This document shows positions 11,293 through 23,354 of a DNA stretch of 64,000 nucleotides, piece by piece. The stretch's first letter is position 1; every line of letters starts with the position of its first letter. The notes under the pieces were generated by a model that was not told where the DNA came from, did no database searches, and saw only the letters and a list, made by a program, of their open reading frames with translations. This stretch comes from Parasitella parasitica NRRL 2501. Lineage: Eukaryota > Fungi > Mucoromycota. The stretch is from contig MU619274.1 in assembly GCA_025201805.1 (NCBI GenBank), forward strand, positions 144,213 through 208,212. The letters are read 5' to 3'. Position numbers and translations under genes: made by a program.

Positions 11293-13835
11293 TCACATAA
11301 TATTACATGAACAATATACTGGGCCAGTAGGTTCACGAAGATCCCACTCGCCTTGATGATCATGCTCATCTGGATATCGTTTTGAAGCCATAGATAACAA
11401 GCTGGACATGGCTAGTGTGGTTGGCATTGCAGGCAATGTATATCCCGAATCTAAATCACCCTTTTTAGCCAAAGCTGCAACGGCTTGAGAATGGTATTCT
11501 TCGTCTGTGGCGGTAGTATCACTACCACTACTGAAATCCTGTCGCTGTTGCTGTTGCTGCTGTTGTGTTGTCTTTTCGTGGTTATCTTCAATATTCTCTC
11601 GTTTTCTGTCTTCCCAAATCGATAGATTTCGTTTGATATGTTCTACTGGAAATGAAAGCTCTTTTTTTTTTTTTTTTTGACGATAATGAGTAGGCAATAC
11701 CGTCAGTTTTGACAAGTCGTTCTTACCTTGCATGTATTCGCTCACACTTTCAAATAATCCAACCGCAACAAATCGTATGAATCCAATCTGTGAATCTTCC
11801 AGCACAATCTGAGATCTATCATTCATGGGTGCCACATTCAGTCCTAATTCACGTTCCAAATCGCCTTGCGAGGCAAACTCCTCTACCAATATTTGAGCCC
11901 ATTCGAACGCCCTTGGAAATGGACGGGCAACATTACTAATATCAGCGCATTTGATTAGACCGCTGCAAAACAAGAGCCTTTCCTCTAAGCATCTGGGCGC
12001 ATCCCACTCATCTGGATCGCTGTCTGCCAGGCGTTGCTTTTGTTCCTTGATTTTGGTCACATAATCGCCGTGCAACGCCATATCGGTTGCCAAAATGCTA
12101 GTGATGACTAGCTTTCTGAATTCATTGTATTCCTTGGAGTCTGATCCACCAAGAGTGTCGTTGAATTTGTGCTTTTTTAGCAGCTGGAACAAGGTCATTG
12201 CATGGAAGCTTTCTAAGACGGAATTGTCGTTGTAAAGTTGAGCGAGAGGAGCTGAAGTGTTGATCTATATACAAGCAGATTAGTTTAGGGCATTTAATTT
12301 TTTGCTGTTCACACAATTACATACTAGAAATGCATTATTCACGCCAGGATGTGCAGTGTCATGTCCAATAGCAGCTATAAATAGAGCAAATATGTCTCTT
12401 GGTCGTAATATACGGTAAGTTTTTGAATTTGTAATGCGTGGGGTTCCGTCGGCAAATGGTACCAGACCCAATTGACATGTAAAGTAATATATACATTGCA
12501 GCACATCGACTGCATGAGCAAAGTTATGATATGGGTTTTCATCGTGATAAATGCTAGCTAGATCCAATATAAAACTATACAGTTGGTCTGAGGTAAAGGG
12601 TTAGTATAGTAACCTTTTCGTGACATGTACAGTCTCACCTTGACTAAATTCAGTTACTTCATTCAGTAAAAACACTTGCGATATAATGAGGACTGAGCAA
12701 TGTACAAGGTCATCATGAGATAAACTCAGTGGACTAAAGTCCCAAATAGAAATCTTCTTTCGTAAATCAGCTTCATGTTCACTATACAATTGGAAAAAAA
12801 AAAAAAAAAAAAAAAAAAAAGGGGATTAATTTCGCTTTCCCATGTGCGCATTAAGGAGTTGTGGTTGTGTGTAATGTAGAAAAGGAGGGAAAAAATGGGG
12901 AGTACCAAGAGAGCCTTACTCTGTTAATTGTTTGCATGTTATTGCCGGCGGCTGTGATGGGATGTACGAATCAATGATCGCTTTTGTAAAGCTAGCAGCA
13001 GGTTAGAATCAGTTTTCAGCGGTAATAAATGTAATTTACTTTATGTCTCTGGTATTCAATGCCTTGATTCGATCTTGGATAAGTTCCGGTAAACAAGCCG
13101 AGTTTTTGTTGTTGCTACCACTGGCAGTGCCACAGTGGTGTGCCGTTGTAGGTGTAATGGGAGACATGACTGAAGTGATGGTGCTAATGGTACTACTAGA
13201 TATAAGGTGATCTTGATATAATAGAGACGATTGCTGATGGTGTTGTCTTCGAACGAGCGCCTAATTTCCACATGTTAATACGTTTACTGGATCACTCTGT
13301 TTGCACATACCAAAAACAGGGTTTTTATCACATCAGGTCGTAGCGGTTTTAGCACGTAATCTGCAGCACCTGCTTGGATACATTCCAGCATGAACTGTGG
13401 ATCATCTCTTGTCGAATATACTAGCAAAAATATATGAATATCGTGGTTAAATCAGCCGCAGACAGTAGTATTTACCAATGACAGGCACAGCATCAGACAC
13501 TTGTTCGATTGTTTGCGATACGAGCTGAATTTGGGCTTGATTCTCCATGGCATCGTCCAATTCCACAAGTAATAGCGTTGATGAAGATGGCAGCAGTTTA
13601 ATGTAGTTTAGGCATGACTCGATACTCGTATCTTTATGGACTTTTTTTTTTTTTTTTGATTTGTTTTATTGATTTGATTCTATCAGTTTACGTACAAAAT
13701 ATAATTACCATTGCCAAATGATTTTTTCAGGATATTGCTTTCGCTTTCTTCATGGTTGCTAATATTGTCATGATCCGATATGTAAAACGGATTTGTTTGT
13801 TTTAATAAAATGATTGTACATGTTTGTGGATCCAT
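11293..13835 (-). CDS. Class I cyclic-nucleotide phosphodiesterase with N-terminal receiver-like domain and C-terminal CaaX
   Basis: PDE motifs YHDENPYHNFAHAVDVLQ, AAIGHDTAHPGVNN, LATDM, IKCADISN, EF..QGDLE and QIGFI. The 5' exons encode TLLLVELD...VPVIVYSTRDDPQFMLECIQAGAADYVLKPL (REC fold). The protein ends CSCNIM*. Confidence 0.9.
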
Positions 13836-14208
13836 TTATAAAATGAAAATAAAAGGGGAAGGGGTTTTTTTTCGATGCTTGATTTTTTCTTCGTCTTGTA
13901 AATCTGGTTGATAATTTATTGCTTCTCGAGATTTATGAAAATTTGACAATCGAAAAAAAAAAAGAAAAAAAAAAGGCGAGAGGGGGAAAGGGAGTATGCA
14001 AAAAAATAAAAAGAAAAGAAAAGGAAAGAAAAAAAAAAGTGAGTGAATAGTTAACAAAATGGTAAGACCAAAATAATTTTGTGTACACGGCAGAGAAGGT
14101 AGCAGATGGGTGTGGACAGTGTACAGTGAAGAAAAAAGAGGGGTTTCAATAAGGTAAATTCGTTGGTGGCACTTTTTGCACTGCCCAACAGTAAATAATC
14201 TAGACCTC

Positions 14209-15019
14209 CTAGATCTGTGGATGGCTCTCTTTCCTTGTCGATTTGGCATAGTCAATCTGATCCAACCACGACTCGATTTTCTTGTCCATACTGAACTGGT
14301 ATCTTCTTATTAATGGTGATTCAAATGCAGTGAAATAGCTATTCAGCGAAGCATCATCTGCTATGGTGGGTGGGTCAGTTTGGATGCCTATGGAAATTGC
14401 TGGTTTGTTAAGGAGTATATTCAGCTCTTGTTGTAATGATTCCATGTGTTTGCTTGAGACTTCTAAATGCGTCTGTAATTTACGATTCTAGCAGTATATA
14501 TATAACGTTATAAATAAATTTTTAGTCTCTAGCATGGCATGCCATTTATATATACTTGTTGTTTCAATTGATACAGATCAAGATCTTTGGTCATGATATC
14601 TTCCAAATGGAACAACCGTAGCTTTAAATCAAAATTTTCCTTTTTCAGGTCTGCGATGAGCTGTAGAGGGAAAACCCCCGTTTTAATTCCACATGGAATG
14701 CACTGAACATGTACAATACCTTTTCTACTTCCTTCATGGGTGCTATTTTGGTTTTAACAGGTGGTGGTGGTGGCTTGTTGATTTCACTGATGCACACAGA
14801 TCGACTCAATCCAGGCGGTTTCCCCAATTGTGAAGAGTGAAATCGCTTGATATGATGATGATTTGAAGGATTGCTATAATCTGTATAGCAAGACCGAGGT
14901 TTATGCGTAAAGTCGTGTGTTGAAGATGAGGAGCATGTTACTGTGGAATTGGATCCCAAGCATGAAAAGCTTTTTGATCTACTCTTGATTAGATTTGAAT
15001 CCAGAGTCAAGTATGCCAT
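14209..15019 (-). CDS. Hypothetical protein (Ser-rich N-terminus, coiled-coil C-terminus)
   Basis: ORFs 14645-15025 and 14209-14445 are bridged by a middle exon (~14557-14660) with GT-AG sites. Coiled-coil-like segment LKLRLFHLEDIMTKDLDLYQLKQQ..NRKLQTHLE. Confidence 0.65.
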
Positions 15020-15108
15020 TTTCACGTATAAAGCAAAAGAAAGGCCAACCCAACATATGGAGAATTATATATAGAGCTAATAATATATCCGATTTAAAAT
15101 ATATATAT

Positions 15109-16836
15109 TTATTGTTGATATCTTGAAAATTGCGATGGTTGTTGGGATAAACTGGAGCCGTTATTGTAGCTATCTGCCAATACACCATCAGGATTGTATG
15201 TAAATCCTTTAAACTGCTCTTGTATCGTTTTAGAAATCTGCGATTCTCCTTCTGCAGCAACTGACTCAACAGGGTTTTCAGAGGTAAACTCGTCGTCAAA
15301 ATTGGTAGTGTCATACATGTTCTCTACTGATGGCTTGAATGGTGCTTGGACTTTCTTTTCCATTAGCTTTTGCCAGTTAATGGATCTGAAAAATGGATGG
15401 TTCTTAATTTCATCTGTGCCTTGATTGCCTAGACGATCATTAGTATTTCGATTCAACAATCCAGTTAGGAAACTAGATGCTTCAGGAGACATGTCATCTG
15501 GAATCTTTAACTCATCATGAAGAATCTTTCTATACATCTCGTTGGTATCTTCATCATAGAATGGCGGCAATCCTGTCAGCATCTCGTACAGCAAAACCCC
15601 TAATGTCCACCAATCGACGTTTTTTGTATAACCTTGGCCCAACAAAAGTTCAGGTGCTAAATACTCTGGGGTTCCACAAAAAGTATTCGTTCGCTCGGAT
15701 TCAGTCATATTTAGTTTACATAAACCAAAATCACACAACGCAATATGGCCGTTGTAGTCGATCAGGATGTTTTCGGGTTTAAGATCTCTGCAGTAGTATT
15801 GTGTTGGCGTCAAGTGTCTGAAAATTTAGGCTGCTTATTGCGACTTACCGATAAACTACGTTCAATCCATGTAAACATTCCAAGGCGCAAAATAATTCAG
15901 CTGTATAAAACTTTGCCCTTTCTTCGTTGAACCGTCCTTCTGTCTGTAAATGATGAAACAATTCGCCTCCGTTAATAAACGCCAATACCAAATACAGCTT
16001 GTCAGGACTCTGGAACGCAAATTTGAGTGGTACAATGAATGGGTTTCTCACTTCAGCCAATACAGTCTTTTCAGCCATCGTATGCGTTACTTCTGAACGT
16101 GAGACAATCCGGGACTTTCGCAGAACTTTCATGGCATAGATACGGTTGGTGTCCTTTTTGCGAACCACGTACACTTTACCAAAACTGCCTCGTCCAATTA
16201 CTCGCAACAAGTCAAATGAATCAATACTTATACTGCCGGCTTGAGGTGGTCTGTAACAGAGTTGAACGCGCATGTTACCTGTGCCTCCTATAATGTTGAG
16301 AATCTGATCATCCAGCCTTGTGGATGTGAAATTGGGTTGGATCTTAACAGCACCTAGGAAATAGTCGTTGGCTGTTCTGGCAGCAGGAACTCCTCCATTA
16401 GCTTGATTTGGCGGCTGTCGTAGATAAATAGAGATTGATACAGCGGATTGACAAGAGACATCGCTATAGCAGAATAAGTGAGTTGCGTATGCAAATGGGC
16501 TGTGGTAAGTACTTACAAATTGGCTTTGTAGTTGTATATAGGGTTTGACGTGTCACCTCCAAGAGAATCAATCAATACCTCATTCTTGTCAAACTCCATC
16601 ACAACATACGGTAACCACCACATTTGCTTCCTGACAAACGATTCTCTTTTGCTTCGCTGGAGCACAGGTAGAGGGGCTGTATTGGGCACTTCTGCGCCTG
16701 CAGGTAATGTGATGCCTTTTGCTTCCCATAGACAGATGAGTAAAACACCTCCTTTACGTTGCTCTGTAACTATATATATGTCAGTATGATATGAAAGGGT
16801 CTTACCAATATGTGCATCCTTACCCGCAGTGTTCAT
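15109..16836 (-). CDS. YPK1: AGC Ser/Thr kinase, Ypk1/Gad8 family
   Basis: C2-like N-terminus (LPYVVMEFDKNEVLI), IGRGSFGKV, YAMKVLRK, YRDLKPENIL, DFGLCK, TNTFCGTPEYLAPE, and hydrophobic motif FKGFTY. Confidence 0.93.
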
Positions 16837-17055
16837 CGTATCTGCCCACAAGAAAAAAATGTAGAGTGAGAGGAAAAGAGAAAATGATGAACAATGAAAT
16901 CGCTTTATACTAAACGGACATAAGGTTCAAAAAAAGGGGGTATATGGCCCAATGAACTCTTATTTAATTAATGTATTATTAAACACTAAAATCCCCTCGA
17001 TCCATATGCTACAATTTATTGAATAATTGATTTATACACCAGTTTTCTCTTTTTC

Positions 17056-17481
17056 CTATCCACCGTGTAAAGTTGAGATGAACACGATTTCGTCCTTGTC
17101 TTGCAATTCATATTCTAATTCATCGTGTATTACCCAATCCACATTATTGATCAAGACCAAAATACCAGGACGACTGTTTGAATACGAGGTAAATGTATGG
17201 CACGGTTGGCAGACAGTAATAATGCTTACACTGTATCCTTTTCAACGAATAAATTTTTATTTTTTTCTTCAGTCATCATACTATCACGAATGAAGAGGAT
17301 CAAGTCGTGGAGATTTGAGGGCCTCTCGTCTTCTTGCTTGGCAGGAAATTGGATCTTATGCTTGCTGACATTCTGAAACAAGAGTTCCATACCTCCACTA
17401 TACACTTGCGTCATTGATTAGTGCTTTATTTAATGTTCTAAACCATTACCTGAATTGTAGTTTGATAGTTATTTCTGACAT
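17056..17481 (-). CDS. URM1: Ubiquitin-related modifier 1
   Basis: Three exons: [18 protein letters not shown]...[14 protein letters not shown]...[10 protein letters not shown]. Confidence 0.95.
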
Positions 17482-19173
17482 ATTGCTGATGAGAAGAGGA
17501 AAAGGATTTGAAAATTTTTTTGCAGGCTGTTGAATTAAGTTCAATCAGCGATTTTGTTGAATTTCAATGTATAAAGTTTCATGATGAATATGAGCCTATG
17601 TTTAGATTTACTTGTAATAATATAAATCCATAAAGGAGCTCATGTTTTTTACGATGATATAAGTTTCGCTGCTTATATTTTGTAATTGTCTTCAGGCCAA
17701 CCATAACCTGAAGAAACAAAAAGCGAGGTTAGTATCATATATTCAGCTGCATTAACGTCTCGTGTTGCCAATTTGTATAACATTTGAAGTTTGGATGTGT
17801 CTCCGGATATCAACAATTCGTTTAAACGATACGACCAAAAGATTATCAGCAGCCTATCTTTTTTTCAAGCAGGAGACCCTACAGCGTTAATCTTTTGGCT
17901 TATCCAAGCATTCGATTTTCAAATACGAGAGGGGAACTTGCATCTACTTGGGTTTGTAAACTTGTAGGCTTTCGCTTTTTTCTTCTAAATAAAGGTACCT
18001 TTTAATAGCATATAAATTACTTTCTATACTCTTCCCATTTCTCTCGATTATTCGCTCAAGATATACTAAAGGAATTTATCTACATTTTTGGCGGCAGAGG
18101 ACAGAGTAACAAGTGTTACTTTTGGATCAACCAAGCCTTTAGACAGATTAATCATCGCTCTAATGAAATAGTGTTAAATAACCTTTTAGGATAAAAAAAC
18201 TTTTTCGTATTTGTTTGCTAACTGTTGGGTAGTGCTCATATTTTCATAGTCAATGGGGGGGGGAGGTTAATTCGCTTTAGGTTTAATGAATCAACAACAA
18301 AAGCTTTTGCAGCCTTCCACAACTCGAATACAGTCAATGACGACTGATCATTTTTAACAACCCTCAGTATTATCGGCATTTTCATATATGAACTCAATTG
18401 ACAAAATTGCAAACTGCTTCTGTTCAAAAAATAGCCCTACTTGTCGCTATAAAGGATACGACCTCTCGACAAGTAAGACTAGATTTTGATTATGTACTTG
18501 ACGACTTTTCACGGCACAGGTCATCATTATTATTCGGCGCTATTCTTTTCCTTGAAATATATGTGATCTTTGAGGAGATGTAACTCAGGATGATAGAATA
18601 AACAAGACGGGCATGCAAAGCGGAACATAATAGTCTAATGGGGTTGACTATGAAAAACTTTCGTTTAGATGAAGTCGAGATTGCCGAATCATTGTACACT
18701 ACGCAAAATTTAAGCAGGAAAAGTTGATGTTGCAGAAGAAGATGTGGCCTGAGCATCACTGCTCGAACTAAGGTGGCAGGTAAAACAATTGTGACCCAAC
18801 AAAATAACCAGATATGACACCTACATTGATCAGCGAGTCATTAAAATATGCTGAAGCAATGTTCCAGAAAAAGGAGCAACAGACATGTGCAGCCAGGGCG
18901 CAAAGATTTTAGGCTTCAAATTAAAGATACTATTGACATAAAAAAGAAATACCAGCTTAGAATTTATAACCCAATTATAATATATAGAAGTTAATGCTTA
19001 GGAAACTGCAGTAGTTGTTTATAAATTATTACTTTTACATTGCATATGCTTATCGTTAAAGTGCAGTGCAAAAAGGAACGGAGCTGGGTTTGAAACACCT
19101 ACATCAAGTCTGGTCCAAGTTTCTTCTATTTTGCCATTTTCAGAAGTAAAATATTCTCTGAAGAATATTTGTA

Positions 19174-20042
19174 GCCCCAAATGCATATTTAACACCCGAA
19201 AGTATAATAACACAGAATATGGTGTCGGTTATGCTTGATTCAGTTGTAAAATTTATTTTCTGATTTTAACGAAAAATTGCATCGGTATTTTTGATAAAGT
19301 GGGTTTTCAGTATATTACAAGATCTTCAAAAATTTGGCTTGCATCCTTTAAATAAACACTACCATTGTGTAGAGACCATATCTAGAAACAAATACTTTAA
19401 ATATATACCTTAATAAAAAGTCTTGTTTTTGGGTTCAAAAATTGAATTTTGTCAAAAACAAATTTTTAGACGAGGTACTATAAGGCCAAAATTGAGTTGA
19501 AAAAAAAAATTCCCAAAAAGCTGCCAATTTGCACCAAAATGAATCAATTGATCAACTAAAACTGTTTGGGACGTTTTTGAACCGCCTGGAAACGGTGGAC
19601 CTGATAAAAGTGGCATTTAAAAGTACTAATTTTTGATTTCTTCATTATTTCAATAGTATTTACTTTGATTAAGCATTAATTTGGCAGACAAAGCCAAACA
19701 TTTTTAATTGATCAAATGGACCCATTTTGGTGCAAATTGGCAGCTTTTCGGGAACTTTTTTTTTTCAAGAATTTTTTACTAAGATTCAATTTATGAACCA
19801 AAAAATGAGACTTTTTACTAAGGTTTATATCAACATTATCTGTTCCTAGATGCTGTCTCTATACAATGATAATGTTTATTTGGAGGATGTAAGCCTACTT
19901 GGTTGACTTTTCTTTATTAAACTGAAACCCAACACTATCTAAAATATTGATGTAATTTTTCAAACTTTACAATTGAATAAGACATGATTGACTCCATGTT
20001 TTGTGTTATTGCATTTCTAGGTATCAAATATACATTTGGGGC
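19174..20042. mobile_element. ~870-bp foldback/MITE-like element with ~400-bp imperfect inverted arms
   Basis: Termini GCCCCAAATG...CATTTGGGGC. Internal pair AAAAGCTGCCAATTTGCACCAAAATG (~19516) / CATTTTGGTGCAAATTGGCAGCTTTT (~19723). Spacer ~120 bp; no ORF. Confidence 0.8.
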
Positions 20043-20679
20043 AATAACTTCTAACGAATGAGAGCGAGTTTAATAATGAGTAATCCGTCCTAAGGAGCAA
20101 AAACACCGTGATCAAAATCATACCTCTACGCCATGTAGTCGTAATACCACAAGAAAAAGCTTCAAAAGACAAAAGCTCTTAGGTTAAGTTCAAGGTATTC
20201 AAATAAGTTAAGAGACATGACATGCTTACACATGTCAAAATTCAGTGGATTTATTAAAACATCTATCTTATATAATGCAAATTATTTTATGGCCAGAGTT
20301 CACAAAGTACGGTGTATCTATTCCCAGACTCTTTCCAGTATTATTCAACAGATTACATTACCAAGCATCTAATTTTTTGACTCCTGATTAAAACTATTCA
20401 ATCATTTTTAACCAAATGTCAAACCGAACATCCTAAATTTGGTAAATCACCAAAGATGGGACATCCTTCAGGACAGATAAATGTGACTATTGATCTTGCA
20501 ATCGAACCCAAGAATGGCAAACAAGTCGAGATGGTAAAGACTAAGATAGGTAGAGACACAAAGATGGATGGCCCAAGAAAACTGCTTTGCTGCATATATA
20601 AGTATGCACCAATTTATAACTTTGGTCTTGTCTCTTTTTATAACTATTCGCAATATTTTAGAGGAAAATCAAAACAGAA

Positions 20680-22156
20680 ATGTCACCCCCAAGAGATGAT
20701 CACGATGAAACCAATTTGAAGGGTAATGTCAGCGACATCCCTTGCCAACCACTCAAGTCGCCTTATGCTAGTAAACTGGATCCTATGTCAAATGTTGGCA
20801 GTTTTAAGATTATCGACACAACGTTGAGAGGTATATAAATGCATATCCATGAAAATGATTTATCAAGTATCTGTTAACTCACACATTAAATGAATTTTGC
20901 AGAAGGTGAACAATTTGCTAATGCATTCTTCGCAACAGAAAAAAAAATCGGTATGCTATATAAGCACAATATACAAATATAAAGGCTAATTTACTAAATA
21001 TATACTTGAAAACACAGAAATCGCCAAAGCTTTGGATGCTATTGGCGTCGATTATCTCGAATTAACATCCCCAGCAGCCTCGGAGCAATCCTTCAATGAC
21101 TGCAAGGCCATAGCCGCCCTTGGATTAAGAGCAAAAGTCCTCACACACATTCGTTGCCACATGGAGGATGCTCGTTTAGCGGTTCAAACTGGTGTTGATG
21201 GAATCAACGTGGTTATTGGAACATCCTCCTACCTCCGAGAATTCTCTCATGGCAAAACTATGGATTACATTACCAAGACGGCTATTGAGGTCATTACTTA
21301 CATCAAGAGCCAAGGTCTTGAAGTACGTTTCTCTACTGAAGATTCTTTCCGTTCTGACTTGGTCGATTTGCTTGCCATTTATAAAACTGTCGATCGAATC
21401 GGTGTAGATCGGGTTGGTATTGCTGATACTGTTGGCTGCGCTAATCCGCGCCAAGTTTATGACCTTGTCAAAACTCTTCGTAGCGTTGTCAAGTGCGATA
21501 TCGAGTGCCATTTCCACGACGATACAGGCTGTGCTATTGCTAATGCGTATACTGCATTGGAAGCTGGAGCAACTCATATTGATACTTGTGTCCTCGGCAT
21601 TGGTGAGCGTAATGGCATCACTGCCCTGGGCGGGTTCTTGGCTCGCATGTATGTTTCTGATCGTGATTATGTTCTCGACAAATACAATGTTAAAGCTATT
21701 CGTCGAGCGGAAAACATCGTTGCTGAATCTGTTGAAATTGCAGTTCCTTTTAATAACTACATCACTGGTTATTGTGCTTTTACTCACAAGGCTGGTATCC
21801 ACGCAAAGGCCATTTTGAATAACCCTTCTACCTATGAAATTTTAAGACCTGAAGATTTCGGTATGTCTCGTTATGTAAGCATTGGACATCGCTTAACGGG
21901 CTGGAATGCTGTCAAGAACAGAATTGAGCAGTTGAAGTTGAATGACTTGACTGACGACGATGCAAAGAAGATCACCAACAAAATCAAACAATTAGCAGAC
22001 GCCAGGGTACTCAATCTAGAAGAAGTGGATATTATCTTGCGTGAATACAATAATGCAAAGCTGACAGATAACTCACATTTGCTTGTGCTTCAAAATTTGG
22101 TATCTCATGATCAATTACTTTTATTAAGAGCCGATACTACTGTTATCTCTGTATAA
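20680..22156 (+). CDS. LYS20: Homocitrate synthase (alpha-aminoadipate lysine pathway)
   Basis: [10 protein letters not shown]|[78 protein letters not shown]; two introns. Confidence 0.95.
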
Positions 22157-22556
22157 TTTTATACAATATATTCTATAGTCGTCATTCACATGCAATTTTG
22201 GTGTAATATATATTACGTACATACATTCATACAAATATTGTATGTCCCCTCGCATTCTCCTTCATTTTATAACTTCATTATATCTTGCATAAATAAATCT
22301 TGATTACAAACAATCCCATAATCATTAATAAGTGATAAAACCTAACTTTTTATGCCTGTGTCACCAAGATGGTGGCTATCATATACACAGCCCCTTTTCT
22401 GAACGATGGCATTGCCTGTTAGATATGGTACCGTACAACCCTCACATACACATGAATAAGTATTACACAAATAAGTCATATAAATATAAATTGGTTTCTT
22501 TTTTTTTCTTTTTGCTGTATTTATTTATTTTCATTTGTTTTATCTTCCTATCTAAA

Positions 22557-23201
22557 ATGACCTTCAAGATTGCCATCATCGGTGCTAGTGGTAAGGCAGG
22601 TCAAGCTATTCTCAAAGAGTCTCTTTCCAGAGGTTTTCAAGTTACTGCCATTGTCCGTAATAAAAACAAGATTACTCAGAGTGTAAATATTATCGAAAAA
22701 GAGGTGTTAGATCTTACAACAGACGATTTAAAGCAATTTGATGTGGTTGCCAATGCTTTTGGTTCTGCACCAGGACAGGAGAATAGCCATGTTACTGTAG
22801 GTAAGTTTCTCATCGGTCTCTTGACGGGATTATCCGATACACGTTTGATGGTGGTGGGCGGTGCTGCTAGTCTTTATATCGATGATGAGCTCAAGAAGCG
22901 TATATTGGATAAAGAAGACTTTTCTAAAGAATATCTCCCATTGGCAAAGGCACAAGCTCAAAATTTGACGGATCTCAAGGCTTCTGAGCATCTTAGGTTT
23001 ACATTTGTCAGTCCTGCTATAAACTTTGATCCCAATGGTGCAAGAACTGGCAAGTATCAAACCACAAAGGATAGGGTGATCTTCAATAGCCAGGGAAAGT
23101 CCTATGTTAGCTATGCAGATTTCGCAGTTGCTTTTGTAGATGAAATTGAAAATCCTCAGCATTTGAATTCTAGATTTGGTGTAATTTCTGAGCAGAAATA
23201 A
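22557..23201 (+). CDS. YwnB/COG2910-like NAD(P)-binding oxidoreductase (putative NADH-flavin reductase), intronless
   Basis: MTFKIAIIGASGKAGQAILKE (Rossmann), NAFG, RLMVVGGAASL, TFVSPA, RTGKY, SYVSYADFAVAFVDEIENPQH..RF. True ATG is at 22557, inside the longer called ORF. Confidence 0.9.
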   Translation: MTFKIAIIGASGKAGQAILKESLSRGFQVTAIVRNKNKITQSVNIIEKEVLDLTTDDLKQFDVVANAFGSAPGQENSHVTVGKFLIGLLTGLSDTRLMVVGGAASLYIDDELKKRILDKEDFSKEYLPLAKAQAQNLTDLKASEHLRFTFVSPAINFDPNGARTGKYQTTKDRVIFNSQGKSYVSYADFAVAFVDEIENPQHLNSRFGVISEQK

Positions 23202-23354
23202 ATCAATACTTCATATAATAAACAGATAATTAATATTAGATTGTATGAGGCATCCTGATTTCAGAATAGAATCTGTCCATCTCGATGCTAACGACTCTGT
23301 ACACTAAAATACTGTACCCGTACAATCGCAATACTGCACTTTTTAATTTACTTA

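Noticed and set aside
13836-14255. 139-aa Phe-rich ORF upstream of the PDE
   Set aside because: Translation of a pyrimidine-rich promoter/5'UTR overlapping the neighbouring gene's end.
17600-18950. Possible decayed transposase or recombinase (also 42300-42920 and 51300-52700)
   Set aside because: Coding-like composition with many stops, but no motif I can assign, so not called as features.
21176-21802. 208-aa antisense ORF (likewise 39891-40502, 41290-41748, 49556-49954)
   Set aside because: Shadow ORFs opposite well-conserved genes, with no recognisable motifs.
22332-22556. 75-aa N-terminal extension of the YwnB-like ORF
   Set aside because: Starts at a non-ATG codon and runs through a TATA-like, T-rich leader; family similarity begins at ATG 22557.
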